Shown: positions 19,606-29,257, counted from the first letter of the stretch. The stretch is 64,000 nucleotides of DNA from a virus (IMGVR_UViG_3300043411_001114:48367-112366); one strand, 5' to 3'. Notes: generated by a model from the sequence alone, not told the origin. Numbers and translations: made by a program.

Positions 19606-20651
19606 AAAAGGCCCTCCCCAAACTCGACGCCTACAGCCGGTACAACGAGTTCCGCCGCCGCCTGGATGCCCGGGCGGTGCTCGACCACTACGGGATCGAG
19701 AACGAGCGCGACGAGCAGGGCAAGGATGACACCACCGAGGTGATTCACTCGTGCCTGCTCGACCGGGTGGAGCCGCACCACAATAACAATGACCAGAATC
19801 CCAGCGCATCCTGTAATTTGGAGAAAAAACTTTACGTTTGCCATGCCTACTGGGGCGGCGACCTTTTTCATCTGATCCAGAAGATGGAGAACAAAAACTC
19901 CTTCGAGGACATCGTCCCGTTCCTGTCGGGCTTCCTCGAAGGCAGTCAGGTCGAGCCGGATCGGTTCGCCGACGAGTTGGAGAAACTGCTCGCCGCCCCG
20001 GGTGGGTATTCGATCGAACTGCCGTCCTACGCCGATCGGGTGCTGGCACCGTGGGCCGTCGTGCACCCCTACCTGCACGAGCGGGGTGTCGACAGCGAGA
20101 CCGCGAGCCGACTCCAGGTCGGGTGGCGCGAGAACGACAACCGGATCACCATCCCGCACTTCTGGGAGGGCAAACTGGTCGGCTGGCAGGCCCGCGCCGT
20201 GCCCGATCGCCCCGGGCTGTGGCCGGGAACCGCCGACCCGATGCCGAAATACCGGTCGACCCCCGGCTTCCCGAAGTCGACCACCCTCTACTATGACCAT
20301 TCCCGGCCCTTCCCCCGGCCCGGCTCGACGGTGGTGGTGGTCGAGTCTCCGTTCTCGGTCATCAAGGCGACCGCGTTGGGTCTCGATATTCCGGTTCTGG
20401 CCACCTTCGGTGCCAAGGTGTCGACCCTCCAGACCACCATGCTGGCCGACTTCGGTGAGGTCATCCTCTGGCCCGACCCCGACGCCGCCGGTCAGGTGAT
20501 GGAACAGGTCGTCACTCAGCGACTGCGCCACCCGGGGCTGCGGATCGTCACCCCCGACCCGGGCAAGGACCTTGCCGACTACGACTCGCTGAGTAAGGTC
20601 GTCCAGAAGATCGGCGACGCCGAACCGGCGCTGCTGAAGTCGCTCGGATAG
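19602..20651 (+). CDS. DNA primase (zinc finger plus TOPRIM)
   Basis: C...H...YVCH zinc finger, NRITIP, GWQAR, PKY, VVVES, DPDAAG and KDLAD. Confidence 0.85.
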   Translation: MKKALPKLDAYSRYNEFRRRLDARAVLDHYGIENERDEQGKDDTTEVIHSCLLDRVEPHHNNNDQNPSASCNLEKKLYVCHAYWGGDLFHLIQKMENKNSFEDIVPFLSGFLEGSQVEPDRFADELEKLLAAPGGYSIELPSYADRVLAPWAVVHPYLHERGVDSETASRLQVGWRENDNRITIPHFWEGKLVGWQARAVPDRPGLWPGTADPMPKYRSTPGFPKSTTLYYDHSRPFPRPGSTVVVVESPFSVIKATALGLDIPVLATFGAKVSTLQTTMLADFGEVILWPDPDAAGQVMEQVVTQRLRHPGLRIVTPDPGKDLADYDSLSKVVQKIGDAEPALLKSLG

Positions 20652-20661
20652 AAAGGTTCTC

Positions 20662-20901
20662 ATGGGCAAGAACAAGAACACCATCAGGAAACTGCCGACC
20701 GGTGAGAAGGTCGTGCACGCCCCCGACGAGAAGCTGACCCTGGTTTCCCCCAACCGGATGCTGCAGCTGCTCAACGCCACCTCCGGTGACCTCCAGGAGG
20801 CCGAACAGCAGCGCCAGGATCGCCTTCTGGAGGCGATCGTCACCAAGCGGGCGGCCCAGGACACCGGCGACGCGGTTCCTGCCGACAAGCGCCCTGTCTG
20901 A
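20662..20901 (+). CDS. Hypothetical protein
   Basis: AAAGG RBS; 79-aa ORF. Confidence 0.6.
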   Translation: MGKNKNTIRKLPTGEKVVHAPDEKLTLVSPNRMLQLLNATSGDLQEAEQQRQDRLLEAIVTKRAAQDTGDAVPADKRPV

Positions 20902-21571
20902 GGTTTACGACTCCCGCCTCGATCCGGAGCCGGGGGCCGGTTTCCCCTCCTGCTCGGTGGCCCTGTGTCGATTACCCCGCAACCGCCGCGACCCGCACGG
21001 CTACTACGCCGAGATCGGCGTCCCTCCGTGGGCGTCCCCGGCCGAGATTCGCCGCGCCGTCCGGGGGCTGTACCGGGAACTGCACCCCGACACCGGGTCG
21101 AGGCCCGACACCAACCGCCTGCAGCGGGTCAAGCTCATCGCCGAGGTACTCCTCGACCCGGTGACCCGCCACCATTACGACACCACACCGCCCGGCCGCA
21201 GGCTCCTGGACAAGGTCTACCGGGCCGAACTCGGTGCCGTGGAGGAACTCGGGGACTTGAGTGCCGAGGAACTCGACCAGGTGCTTGCACCGGTCCCCAC
21301 CGCACCCTCCCGACCGGACTGGTACGACTACCTCAGCGTGGGGCGGCACCCGGACGATCGAGACAAGGTGCAGGGGTGGTACCGGTGCCTCACCGGTGTC
21401 GCGCCCCTGGTTGGCTACCGGTCACGGATCGTCGTCCTGATCCATGACGGCCCGGCCTTCTACCACCCCAGGACGTCGACCCTGGCGATTCCGCGATCCT
21501 GGGAGCCGTCGACAGCCCTGGCTCTGGGGCTTTTTGTTGCTGAGGTTGGTGCCTCACCCCACATGGTGTAG
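20786..21571 (+). CDS. J-domain (DnaJ-like) protein; true start probably near 20895-20960
   Basis: DPHGYYAEIGV...ASPAEIRRA...LHPD...VLLDP.TRHHYD J-domain signature. Confidence 0.75.
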   Translation: MTSRRPNSSARIAFWRRSSPSGRPRTPATRFLPTSALSEVYDSRLDPEPGAGFPSCSVALCRLPRNRRDPHGYYAEIGVPPWASPAEIRRAVRGLYRELHPDTGSRPDTNRLQRVKLIAEVLLDPVTRHHYDTTPPGRRLLDKVYRAELGAVEELGDLSAEELDQVLAPVPTAPSRPDWYDYLSVGRHPDDRDKVQGWYRCLTGVAPLVGYRSRIVVLIHDGPAFYHPRTSTLAIPRSWEPSTALALGLFVAEVGASPHMV

Positions 21572-21638
21572 TATCGGTAACAACCGGCATGTGATTCGGT
21601 TCAGGTTTATCCTGCTTAACAACAAGAAAGAATGTGTG

Positions 21639-22577
21639 ATGAGAACTGGTTTGGGTGCTATAGAGAAGGCACTGCAGAACACCGGCGGCGGCTCCGGTGG
21701 AGGTCCGAAGGGTCGGTATCTGACCTACTTCGGTCTCAAGGACGGCGAGTCCAAGGTCGTCCGGTTCCTGACCGACATCGGCGACCTGATCGCCTGCGAT
21801 TTCTACGAGTTCGTCCGCGACAAGAACGGGAAGTTCCAGACCTTCGTCGTCCCGGCCTCGCTGCACACCGAGGACCCGTCCTGGTCGGGCGAGGACTGGG
21901 TCATCAAGTTCGGTGGCAAGACCACCGACTACAACACCAAGGCGCTGGTCGATCCCACCGCCAAGGAGCGCATCGTCGGTCTGGCCGTCGAGCGCGAGGA
22001 GTTCCCGATGGACGTCGGCGGTCGCCGGGTCATGCGGACCCAGGACAAGCTCGATTCCTTCGAGTCCCGCGAGGGCAAGAAGTTCCCGACCCGGAACTTC
22101 ATGGTCGTCAAGCAGAACGCCAAGTTCTGGAACAGCCTCAAGGCGTACTACGACGAGTACGGCACCATCTGCGACCGTGACTACAAGATCACCCGCAACG
22201 GCACCGGTTTCGACATCTCCTACTCGATCATCGCCAAGCCCCAGGACGAGGGGTGGAACCTCGACGGTTCCTCGCTGGCCTCCCTGCGGCAGCGTTACGG
22301 GTACGGCACCGGCACCGACATGGACGGCAACGAGTTGACCTCCGAGTCCGAGGACCGGTTCCTGTACTGCTCTCAGACCCTGACCGAATGGGTCGAGAAC
22401 GCCGCCTCCGAGGAACGCGCCCGGTCGGCACTGGTCGCCGACGTGATCGACTCCCCTGCCTCGGAGGCACCGTCCTGGGCGACCTCGGCTCCGGACGAGC
22501 CGCAGGCTCAGGTGGCTCCACCGGCGGCCTCGCCGGACACCTCGTCGCTGCGCGCCCGCCTGGAACGTCACCGCTAG
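21639..22577 (+). CDS. Single-stranded DNA-binding protein (gp32-like)
   Basis: YFGLKDGESKVVRFL, YGTICDRDYKITRNG, acidic/flexible C-terminus; located next to the polymerase. Confidence 0.65.
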   Translation: MRTGLGAIEKALQNTGGGSGGGPKGRYLTYFGLKDGESKVVRFLTDIGDLIACDFYEFVRDKNGKFQTFVVPASLHTEDPSWSGEDWVIKFGGKTTDYNTKALVDPTAKERIVGLAVEREEFPMDVGGRRVMRTQDKLDSFESREGKKFPTRNFMVVKQNAKFWNSLKAYYDEYGTICDRDYKITRNGTGFDISYSIIAKPQDEGWNLDGSSLASLRQRYGYGTGTDMDGNELTSESEDRFLYCSQTLTEWVENAASEERARSALVADVIDSPASEAPSWATSAPDEPQAQVAPPAASPDTSSLRARLERHR

Positions 22578-22773
22578 GGTGATCCTAGACCCCTCACTCC
22601 GGTAGGCCTACGGGCCGACCCCATCGGAGACCCGGACGTTTGAGGACGCCGGTACGGGGCCGACCTCCGCTCGATATGGGGATAGCGAGCGGGGGTGCGG
22701 AAGGGCACCAGGAGGTCAATTGACCATCAGCCAGTCCCAGCCTCCTGGTGCTCTCCCCCACCCCGGATCATTC
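22577..22773 (+). ncRNA. Candidate multi-stem structured RNA between SSB and dnaE
   Basis: Closing helix 22577-22585/22765-22773, 11-bp stem 22663-22673/22686-22696, 14-bp stem 22702-22715/22741-22754, and a cUACGg tetraloop hairpin near 22605-22616. Confidence 0.45.
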
Positions 22774-22813
22774 CCACTAAACACCACCACACCGACAGGC
22801 GGGCCTTTTCCGA

Positions 22814-24211
22814 GTGACTCTCCACCAGCACAGCGAGTTCTCCTTCCTCGATGGCAGGGCCAGGACGATGGAGATCGCCCAGGCAGCCCAGGCCGCCGGG
22901 TACGACTCGGTGGCCATCACCGACCACGACGAGGTCGGTGGCCACATCGACTTCCAGAAATCGTGCAGGAAGGTGGGAATCAAGCCGATCTTCGGCACCG
23001 AGGCCCGCTGGGTACGTTCGATCGGGGCTAGCCGTGAAGCTAAGTCTGCCGGTCGCGACTCGTCGCACATCGTGCTGCTGGCACAGAATCAGACCGGACT
23101 GCGTAACCTGTGGGCCTTGTCTTCGCTGGCCTACGAGCCTCACTACTTCTACGGTAAACCTCAACTCGACGTCGACCTGATGTCTCGTTATTCGGATGGA
23201 CTCTGGGCGAGCGACGGATGCTCACTCACCAGATTTACCGGCTTCGTCAATGACAATGACGAGGATTCGGCCCTGGAGGAGTGGGGTATCCTGCAGGATA
23301 TCTTCGGTGACCGGTTCTACTCCGAGTTGCACACCTTCCAGATCATCGACCCGGTGACTGACGAGGATAAGGCGCTTAACGCCCGCGTCACGGCAATGAA
23401 TCAGGCCAAGATGCGGTTTGCCGAAAAGCGTGACGTCCGGCTGGTCGCCGTCCATGACGCCCACTACGCCTACCGGCACCAGTGGGAGGAACATCGGCTG
23501 GTCTACAACCTGTCCACCCAGGCCTACCGCAAGGATCAGGTCGAGTCCAAGGGCCAGGCCGCCGACTGGCTGATGGACCCCGACGACACGGTGTACTTTC
23601 TGGGCCGTCACGGCATTCCCACCTCGACCGCCCGGTCGGCGATCGCCAACGCCCGCGAGATTTCCGATCTGTGCAACGTCGAGATCAATCCCACCCTGTC
23701 GATGCCGCGCCTGTACCCGTCCGACGCCGAGGACTCGGCGGCCTTCCGCGCCGCGATCGAGGAGGGGTTCCGTCGTTTCGTCGTCGACAAGGGGTTGCCC
23801 GAGGACGTCTACCGCCGCCGTCTGGAGTACGAGTCCGAACTCATCGTCGATCAGGGCATGCCGGGATATTTCAACGTGGTCGCCGATTACGTCCGTAGCG
23901 CCCGGGACGGCACCTACATTCAGTGGGTCGACCGAACCGCCAAACCCAGTCCCTGCCTGTGCGGCCCGGGCCGTGGTTCGGGCGGCGGCTCGCTGGTCAA
24001 CTATGTCCTGGGCATCACCAGCCTCGACCCGATCAAATATGACCTGATGTTCGAGCGGTTCATCAACCCTGATAGGGCGAGCGAAAAGAGAAGAATAGAA
24101 TTAGATTCTGGTGAAGTTCTAGAACTCAATCCAGGTGACTCGGTGCAACTCAGTGATGGTCGCGTTGTTGTGGCGAGGGACCTCAAGGAGGGGGACGATA
24201 TATCTTGCTAG
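22814..24211 (+). CDS. dnaE: DNA polymerase III alpha subunit, N-terminal fragment (PHP domain to FERFINPDR) plus 44-aa Hint-like tail
   Basis: LHQHSEFSFLDG, AITDH, HDAHY, GPGRGSGGGSLVNYVLGIT and LMFERFINPDR. Confidence 0.92.
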   Translation: MTLHQHSEFSFLDGRARTMEIAQAAQAAGYDSVAITDHDEVGGHIDFQKSCRKVGIKPIFGTEARWVRSIGASREAKSAGRDSSHIVLLAQNQTGLRNLWALSSLAYEPHYFYGKPQLDVDLMSRYSDGLWASDGCSLTRFTGFVNDNDEDSALEEWGILQDIFGDRFYSELHTFQIIDPVTDEDKALNARVTAMNQAKMRFAEKRDVRLVAVHDAHYAYRHQWEEHRLVYNLSTQAYRKDQVESKGQAADWLMDPDDTVYFLGRHGIPTSTARSAIANAREISDLCNVEINPTLSMPRLYPSDAEDSAAFRAAIEEGFRRFVVDKGLPEDVYRRRLEYESELIVDQGMPGYFNVVADYVRSARDGTYIQWVDRTAKPSPCLCGPGRGSGGGSLVNYVLGITSLDPIKYDLMFERFINPDRASEKRRIELDSGEVLELNPGDSVQLSDGRVVVARDLKEGDDISC

Positions 24212-25041
24212 AAAAAGTGAAGAACGAGAAGTTCCGTCGCGCCAAGTGTTTGTTGGTAATAGATCGAGATTGGCTTTCTGAAAAATATCTTGAAGAAAGA
24301 CTCTCTAAGAGGGAGATAGCTAAGCAGGCTGGGTGCGATGTTAGTATTATTACGCGCGAGGTTGTTCGTCATGGGTTTTCAAGAAAAAGACCGGAGTGCA
24401 AGCCTCGAATCATTCTTCCCGACACGGAGTTCAGGGAAGATTATTTGTCCGGAAAACCAATGACAGACATGGCTGTTCGGTTTGGTTGTTCGGAGGACGT
24501 TATCAGACGTGAAGCTCGTAGGTTTGGTCTTCCTCCGAGGAAAAATGTTCCCATTCCTCAGGACCTGGAAGAGCTTTTGGTGGAGCGCAAGTGGTTGTGT
24601 TCCAGAGTTGCACGACATTATCAGGTTTGTGAAGATACCGTCTATAAATGGATAAGAGAAACTGGGCTTAGTGATAGGCACCCAGTCCTTGCCAGGAGGG
24701 GAAGGCGGGGAATCAGGGGTTATCGGCATGATCTAGGCATGAGTTTTCGTAGCCGTTGGGAAGCCAATTACGCCAGAATACTCAATTATGAAGGAATTGT
24801 TTTTGAGTACGAGAAGCATAAAATTGAGGTCGAAAACGGACATAAATACGTTCCCGATTTTCGATTGATGAACGGTACGTTTGTTGAAGTGAAAGGACTT
24901 TCGACCAGAAGTAATTTGTGGAAGTTTGAGGATGCTGTTCGGCGCTATCCAGACAAGAATTTTGTTCTTGTGGACAAGCCTGTTTATAAGATTTTGGAGC
25001 GCGAATATCGCCATCTTCCTGGATGGGAGACCAATGCCTAA
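24205..25041 (+). mobile_element. Free-standing putative homing endonuclease (HTH repeats plus PD-(D/E)xK, T7 endonuclease I-like) splitting dnaE
   Basis: Low GC; three HTH-like repeats; FRSRWEAN...FEYE...YVPDF...FVEVKG; overlaps both dnaE halves. Confidence 0.8.
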
Positions 25042-27187
25042 GGTTGTTGCGGTTTCTGTTATTCGTACAGGAGACCTTCCTGACATCGACGTCGACTTCC
25101 AGAAGTCGAAGCGCGGCGACGTCAAGATGTATCTCGGTGCCCGATACGGGCACGACAATGTCTGCTCGATCGGCACCCGCTCCCGCTCTGGCCCCAAGCA
25201 GATGGTCAAAGACCTCGGCCGCGCCCTGAAGATCGACTGGGTCGACATCCAGAAGATCGCCGACCTCATCGGTGAGGTCGACGATATTGAGGCTTCCGAG
25301 GACGATCTTGCCGACGACCTGGCCGCCCCGACCTGGAGCGAGGTGGTGGCCGCCCTCGACTCCGACCTGGCCCCCTGGGCGCGCAAGTACCCCGAACTCT
25401 TCGACCGGCTGGAGAACATGGTCGGCCTGGTGCGTCAGGCCGGGGTGCACGCCGCCGGGGTGGTGGTCAACACCGAACCGCTGCTCGGCAATATCCCGAC
25501 CAGAATCAAAAAAGGCATCCGTTCCACTCAGTTCGACATGCATGAATGCGCTGAACTCGGCGGCGTGAAGGACGACCTGCTGGCCAACAAGGGCCTGGAC
25601 GTCCTCGACGTCGCTCGCACCCTGATCTGGGAGCGGCATCAGGTCTGGCTCGACTATGACGGCTTCGGTTTTGGCATCCCCGAGGGGTGCCCGAAGCATC
25701 GCGTGGTGACCTTCGGCGACGAGCATTACGCCGACCCGGCCATCTGGGAGCAGATCGACCTGGGCATGACCGCCGGTATCTTCCAGATCGGCACCCCGTC
25801 GGGCACCAAGCAGGCGATGCGGTTCAAACCCCGGTCGTTGCCCGAACTGGCCGACCTCGCCTCCATCAACCGTCCCGGCGTGATCCGGGCCGGGCAGTTG
25901 GATCACTACCTCAAGCGCCGTAACGGTGACGAGGACATCACCTACGACCACCCGCTGATGGAGCCGATCACCGCCCGCACGATGGGCATCCTGGTCTACC
26001 AGGAGGACATGATCCGCACCGCCCGCGAACTGGCCGGATTCACCGCCGGTCAGGGCGAGGAACTCCGTAAGGCGATCGGCAAGAAGCTGGCCGACAAGAT
26101 CGCCGAGATCAAGCCCCGTTTCATCGAGGGTTGTATGGCCAATCCGGACTTCACCGGCCCGGGCGGCACCAGGTCTACCGCCATGAAGATTTGGGCCTCG
26201 CTGGAAGCCGCCGGAGCCTACAGCTTCAATAAAGCCCACGCCACCGGGTACGCGATGCAGCCGTGCTGGGAGATATGGACCAAACACCACTACTTCGATG
26301 AGTTCATCGTCGCCTGCCTGACGGTAATGCCGGAGAAGACCGTCCAGCTGGTGCGGGAGTGCCGGAAAAAGGGTCGTCCCATCCTGCCCCCCGACATCAA
26401 CACCTCGGGCGAACACTTCACCTTGACCGACGCCGGTATCCGATACGGGCTGACCGATATTCGGGGGGTCGGCAAGGCCGCCGCCGTTGACATTCTGGCC
26501 AATCGCCCTTACCGGGGCATCGGTGACTACTTGCATCGCACCCACCCCAACAAGGGCGGTAAGAAGGGGGTCATCGACTCGCTGGTGAAGGTGGGGGCCT
26601 TCGACTCCATCGCTCACGGGATGGACCGTCAGGCCCTTCTGGACGAGGTCTACTACCACCGGGCCGGGCTGGAGGTCTCGCCCAACAAGTGGGGGAAACT
26701 CGGCCAGGACGAGAGGGACGCCATCGTCGCCTCCAAGTGGGACAAGAACCCCGACGACTACCCGGTGTTCCCCTTCGGGGACGAGAAGTTCATTGTCGCC
26801 CTGGAGACCGAACTGCTGGGCACCCACGTCAGTATCGACCCGATGGCTCCGTATGCGGCCATGATCGAGGCTGAGTGCATCTCACACCCTGCGGAGGTCG
26901 ATGACTACGACACCTCCTCCCTGATCGCCATCGGTGGCGAACTGGTCAAGGTCAAGCAGCACAAGCAGCGCAACGGCAAGGACATGGCGTTCCTCGGCAT
27001 CCGGTGGAATGAGGAGGACTTCGACGTCGTCGCCTTCGCCGACTCGTGGGAGGCTAATCGCGCCATGCTGCAGGAGACCGGGGTGCCTGTCGTCTGCGAG
27101 GCCATCAAGCTGCCCGGCAAGGGTTGTCTGCTCAGTCAGGTCATCCGTCTGGACTGGATGTGTGAAGAATCGAAAACAGGAGAATGA
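25034..27187 (+). CDS. dnaE: DNA polymerase III alpha subunit, C-terminal fragment (catalytic PDIDVD onward) with 13-aa novel leader
   Basis: GGGAGA RBS, ATG 25034; LPDIDVDF, GVHAAGVV, KDDLL, GIFQ, NRPG, LVYQE, YSFNKAHATGY, PPDIN and a C-terminal OB fold. Confidence 0.92.
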   Translation: MPKVVAVSVIRTGDLPDIDVDFQKSKRGDVKMYLGARYGHDNVCSIGTRSRSGPKQMVKDLGRALKIDWVDIQKIADLIGEVDDIEASEDDLADDLAAPTWSEVVAALDSDLAPWARKYPELFDRLENMVGLVRQAGVHAAGVVVNTEPLLGNIPTRIKKGIRSTQFDMHECAELGGVKDDLLANKGLDVLDVARTLIWERHQVWLDYDGFGFGIPEGCPKHRVVTFGDEHYADPAIWEQIDLGMTAGIFQIGTPSGTKQAMRFKPRSLPELADLASINRPGVIRAGQLDHYLKRRNGDEDITYDHPLMEPITARTMGILVYQEDMIRTARELAGFTAGQGEELRKAIGKKLADKIAEIKPRFIEGCMANPDFTGPGGTRSTAMKIWASLEAAGAYSFNKAHATGYAMQPCWEIWTKHHYFDEFIVACLTVMPEKTVQLVRECRKKGRPILPPDINTSGEHFTLTDAGIRYGLTDIRGVGKAAAVDILANRPYRGIGDYLHRTHPNKGGKKGVIDSLVKVGAFDSIAHGMDRQALLDEVYYHRAGLEVSPNKWGKLGQDERDAIVASKWDKNPDDYPVFPFGDEKFIVALETELLGTHVSIDPMAPYAAMIEAECISHPAEVDDYDTSSLIAIGGELVKVKQHKQRNGKDMAFLGIRWNEEDFDVVAFADSWEANRAMLQETGVPVVCEAIKLPGKGCLLSQVIRLDWMCEESKTGE

Positions 27188-28287
27188 TGAGTAATACCGC
27201 CGTGGTCGACAAGCTGCTGGGCGAACTGCAGTCCAAGTTCGGGGCCGGGGCGGTGATGCGGGCCAACGAGGTTCCTATCCGGCCGCCCATCACCTCGGGG
27301 AGCCTGTCTCTGGACTTCGCCACCGGTATCGGGGGCCTGCCCTCGGATCGGGTCATCGAGGTCGCCGGGGACGAGGGTAGCGGAAAAACTACGCTTGGTC
27401 TGTTATCTATGATGCACTTCCTCGACACCTCCCCCGACCGGGTCGCGGTCATCATCGACACCGAGCACAAGCTCACCATGGACTGGGTCGAGTACCTGAT
27501 CGGCATCGACCGGATGCAGAGGGTCATCTACCTCTCGCCGGATCATATGGAGCAGGCCACCAACATGTACGTCGACGCCGTCTCGTCGGGTCAGGTCGGT
27601 TTCGTCCTGTTCGACTCGATCGGCGGCAGCCCCACCAAGGCCGCCACCGAAAAGGAGGCCGAGAAGGTTCAGGTCGGCGGCAATGCCGGGGCGGTCACCA
27701 AGTTCGCCCGCCTGGCCTCCACCCACGCCAGCAAATATCACTGCCTGACCTTCTGTATCAACCAGGTCCGCACCGACATGGAGGGCTTCCGGCGTCACAT
27801 GACACCGGGTGGGCACGGCTTCAAGCACGCCTGCGTGATGCGGATCAAGCTCCGGCGTGTCACCTCCGACAAGGTCGAGGCGGTGGTCAACGGCGAGAAG
27901 ATGGTCGTCGGCTTCAAGGTGGCGGCCTCGGTCATCAAGAACCAGGTAGGGGCACCGGGCAGAACCGCATGGTGGTGGTTCTACAACGTCGACACCCCCG
28001 AGTACGGGTTCGGGATCGACACCCTGGAGGAGGTCGTCCGGCTCTCGGTCGCCACCAAGATCGTCGCCCAGAACGGTTCCTGGTACAGCCATCCGGCGCT
28101 GCCCGAGTACAAGACCTCCGGCGAGCACAAGGTGCAGGGCATCAGCGGACTGCGGTCTCTGATCGCCGCCGACCCGGCCCTGCAGCAGACCATCGTGTCC
28201 GAGACGATGGCCGTCCTGAAGGACGACACCGCGCTCGCCTCCGAGATCGCCCCGTTCGACCCCGAGGCCGTCGAGGAAGACTTGTGA
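27184..28287 (+). CDS. recA: RecA-like recombinase
   Basis: SGSLSLDFATGIGGLP, GDEGSGKTT, IDTEH, FDSI, INQVR and TPGG. Confidence 0.92.
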   Translation: MMSNTAVVDKLLGELQSKFGAGAVMRANEVPIRPPITSGSLSLDFATGIGGLPSDRVIEVAGDEGSGKTTLGLLSMMHFLDTSPDRVAVIIDTEHKLTMDWVEYLIGIDRMQRVIYLSPDHMEQATNMYVDAVSSGQVGFVLFDSIGGSPTKAATEKEAEKVQVGGNAGAVTKFARLASTHASKYHCLTFCINQVRTDMEGFRRHMTPGGHGFKHACVMRIKLRRVTSDKVEAVVNGEKMVVGFKVAASVIKNQVGAPGRTAWWWFYNVDTPEYGFGIDTLEEVVRLSVATKIVAQNGSWYSHPALPEYKTSGEHKVQGISGLRSLIAADPALQQTIVSETMAVLKDDTALASEIAPFDPEAVEEDL

Positions 28288-28781
28288 CGGTTGGTTGGGT
28301 TCTTTCACACCGGGCTGATCCCGAGGTTGTCCCTATGGCCGACCGTCACTACAACCGTCAGAAGATTGGTAGTCCGCAATTCGTGCCGCCGGGCCGGTGT
28401 CATGTCCTCAAGATCGGCACCGCAGAACAGTTGAGAACTCCCGATTCCGGAGGGGCGTTCTGGGTAACCTCCTATCCTTTCGCTGAATATGTCAAGCATG
28501 CCTGGGCGGGTGCCTGGGTATGTTCGGCTTTCAGGAATGAGGGTGCCGGTGTTTCTTCGGAACTGATTAAGGGAGCGGTGTTGTCGACTCGATCGAAGTG
28601 GGAGGTTCCTGAGTTGGGGATGGTGTCTTTTATTGACCCGTCAAAAGTTCAGCCGAGACCGATAAGGGGTCGAAAGACGTGGGGGCACTCCTGGTTTGAG
28701 GCAGGGTTTTCCCATGTCGGATACACCAAGGCCGGTTTGTGGGTTTTCCAGATTCTTCCCGATCGCATTGGGGCACTGTGA
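28284..28781 (+). CDS. Hypothetical protein, possible Mom-like/GNAT DNA-modification enzyme
   Basis: GTGA overlap with recA; ADRHY..., AFRNEG..SSELI, MVSFID, G..W..AGF layout. Confidence 0.5.
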   Translation: MTVGWVLSHRADPEVVPMADRHYNRQKIGSPQFVPPGRCHVLKIGTAEQLRTPDSGGAFWVTSYPFAEYVKHAWAGAWVCSAFRNEGAGVSSELIKGAVLSTRSKWEVPELGMVSFIDPSKVQPRPIRGRKTWGHSWFEAGFSHVGYTKAGLWVFQILPDRIGAL

Positions 28782-29257
28782 GGGCCGTGGAGCCGGGCTG
28801 GGATGCACGGTTCTGGGCCAAGGTTCAGAAGACCGATGGCTGCTGGCTCTGGACTGGCCATGTCACCCCCGAGGGTTATGGTCGGTTTTCTCGCCAGCGC
28901 CGCCTGGTCGGCCCGCACAGGCTTTCCTACGAGATGGTTCATGGTCCTATCCCTGACGGCATGCAGGTAGACCATCACCACACCTGCCCCAAGAACTGCG
29001 TCAACCCAGACCATCTCCGCCTGGCCACCCAGAAGCAGAACATGGAGAACCTGAATGGCGCGACGGCCCGGAGCAAGAGTGGAGTTAGAGGCGTCTGGTG
29101 GAACGAACAGCGCCAGCGGTGGTGTGCCCAGATTTGTCACAACTACAAGATGATTCACGTCGGTCGGTATCTCACCCTGGAGGAAGCCAAGGCTGCTGTG
29201 GTCGCCAAACGCAACGAGCTTTTCACTCACAGCGACATGGACACGGGGAGCAGGTAA
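28778..29257 (+). CDS. HNH endonuclease with AP2-like DNA-binding domain
   Basis: RFWAKV..TDGCWLW, HRLSYE, VDH..C...CVNPDHL, SGVRGV.W...W.A.I...GRY.T.EEA. Confidence 0.9.
   Translation: MRAVEPGWDARFWAKVQKTDGCWLWTGHVTPEGYGRFSRQRRLVGPHRLSYEMVHGPIPDGMQVDHHHTCPKNCVNPDHLRLATQKQNMENLNGATARSKSGVRGVWWNEQRQRWCAQICHNYKMIHVGRYLTLEEAKAAVVAKRNELFTHSDMDTGSR

Noticed and set aside
24077-25072. Group I intron or functional split intein in dnaE
   Set aside because: The insert is almost entirely occupied by three abutting reading frames, with no recognisable P/Q/R/S core. The tails lack the N-terminal nucleophile, TxxH and terminal HN/+1 residue. Not formally excluded without RT-PCR.
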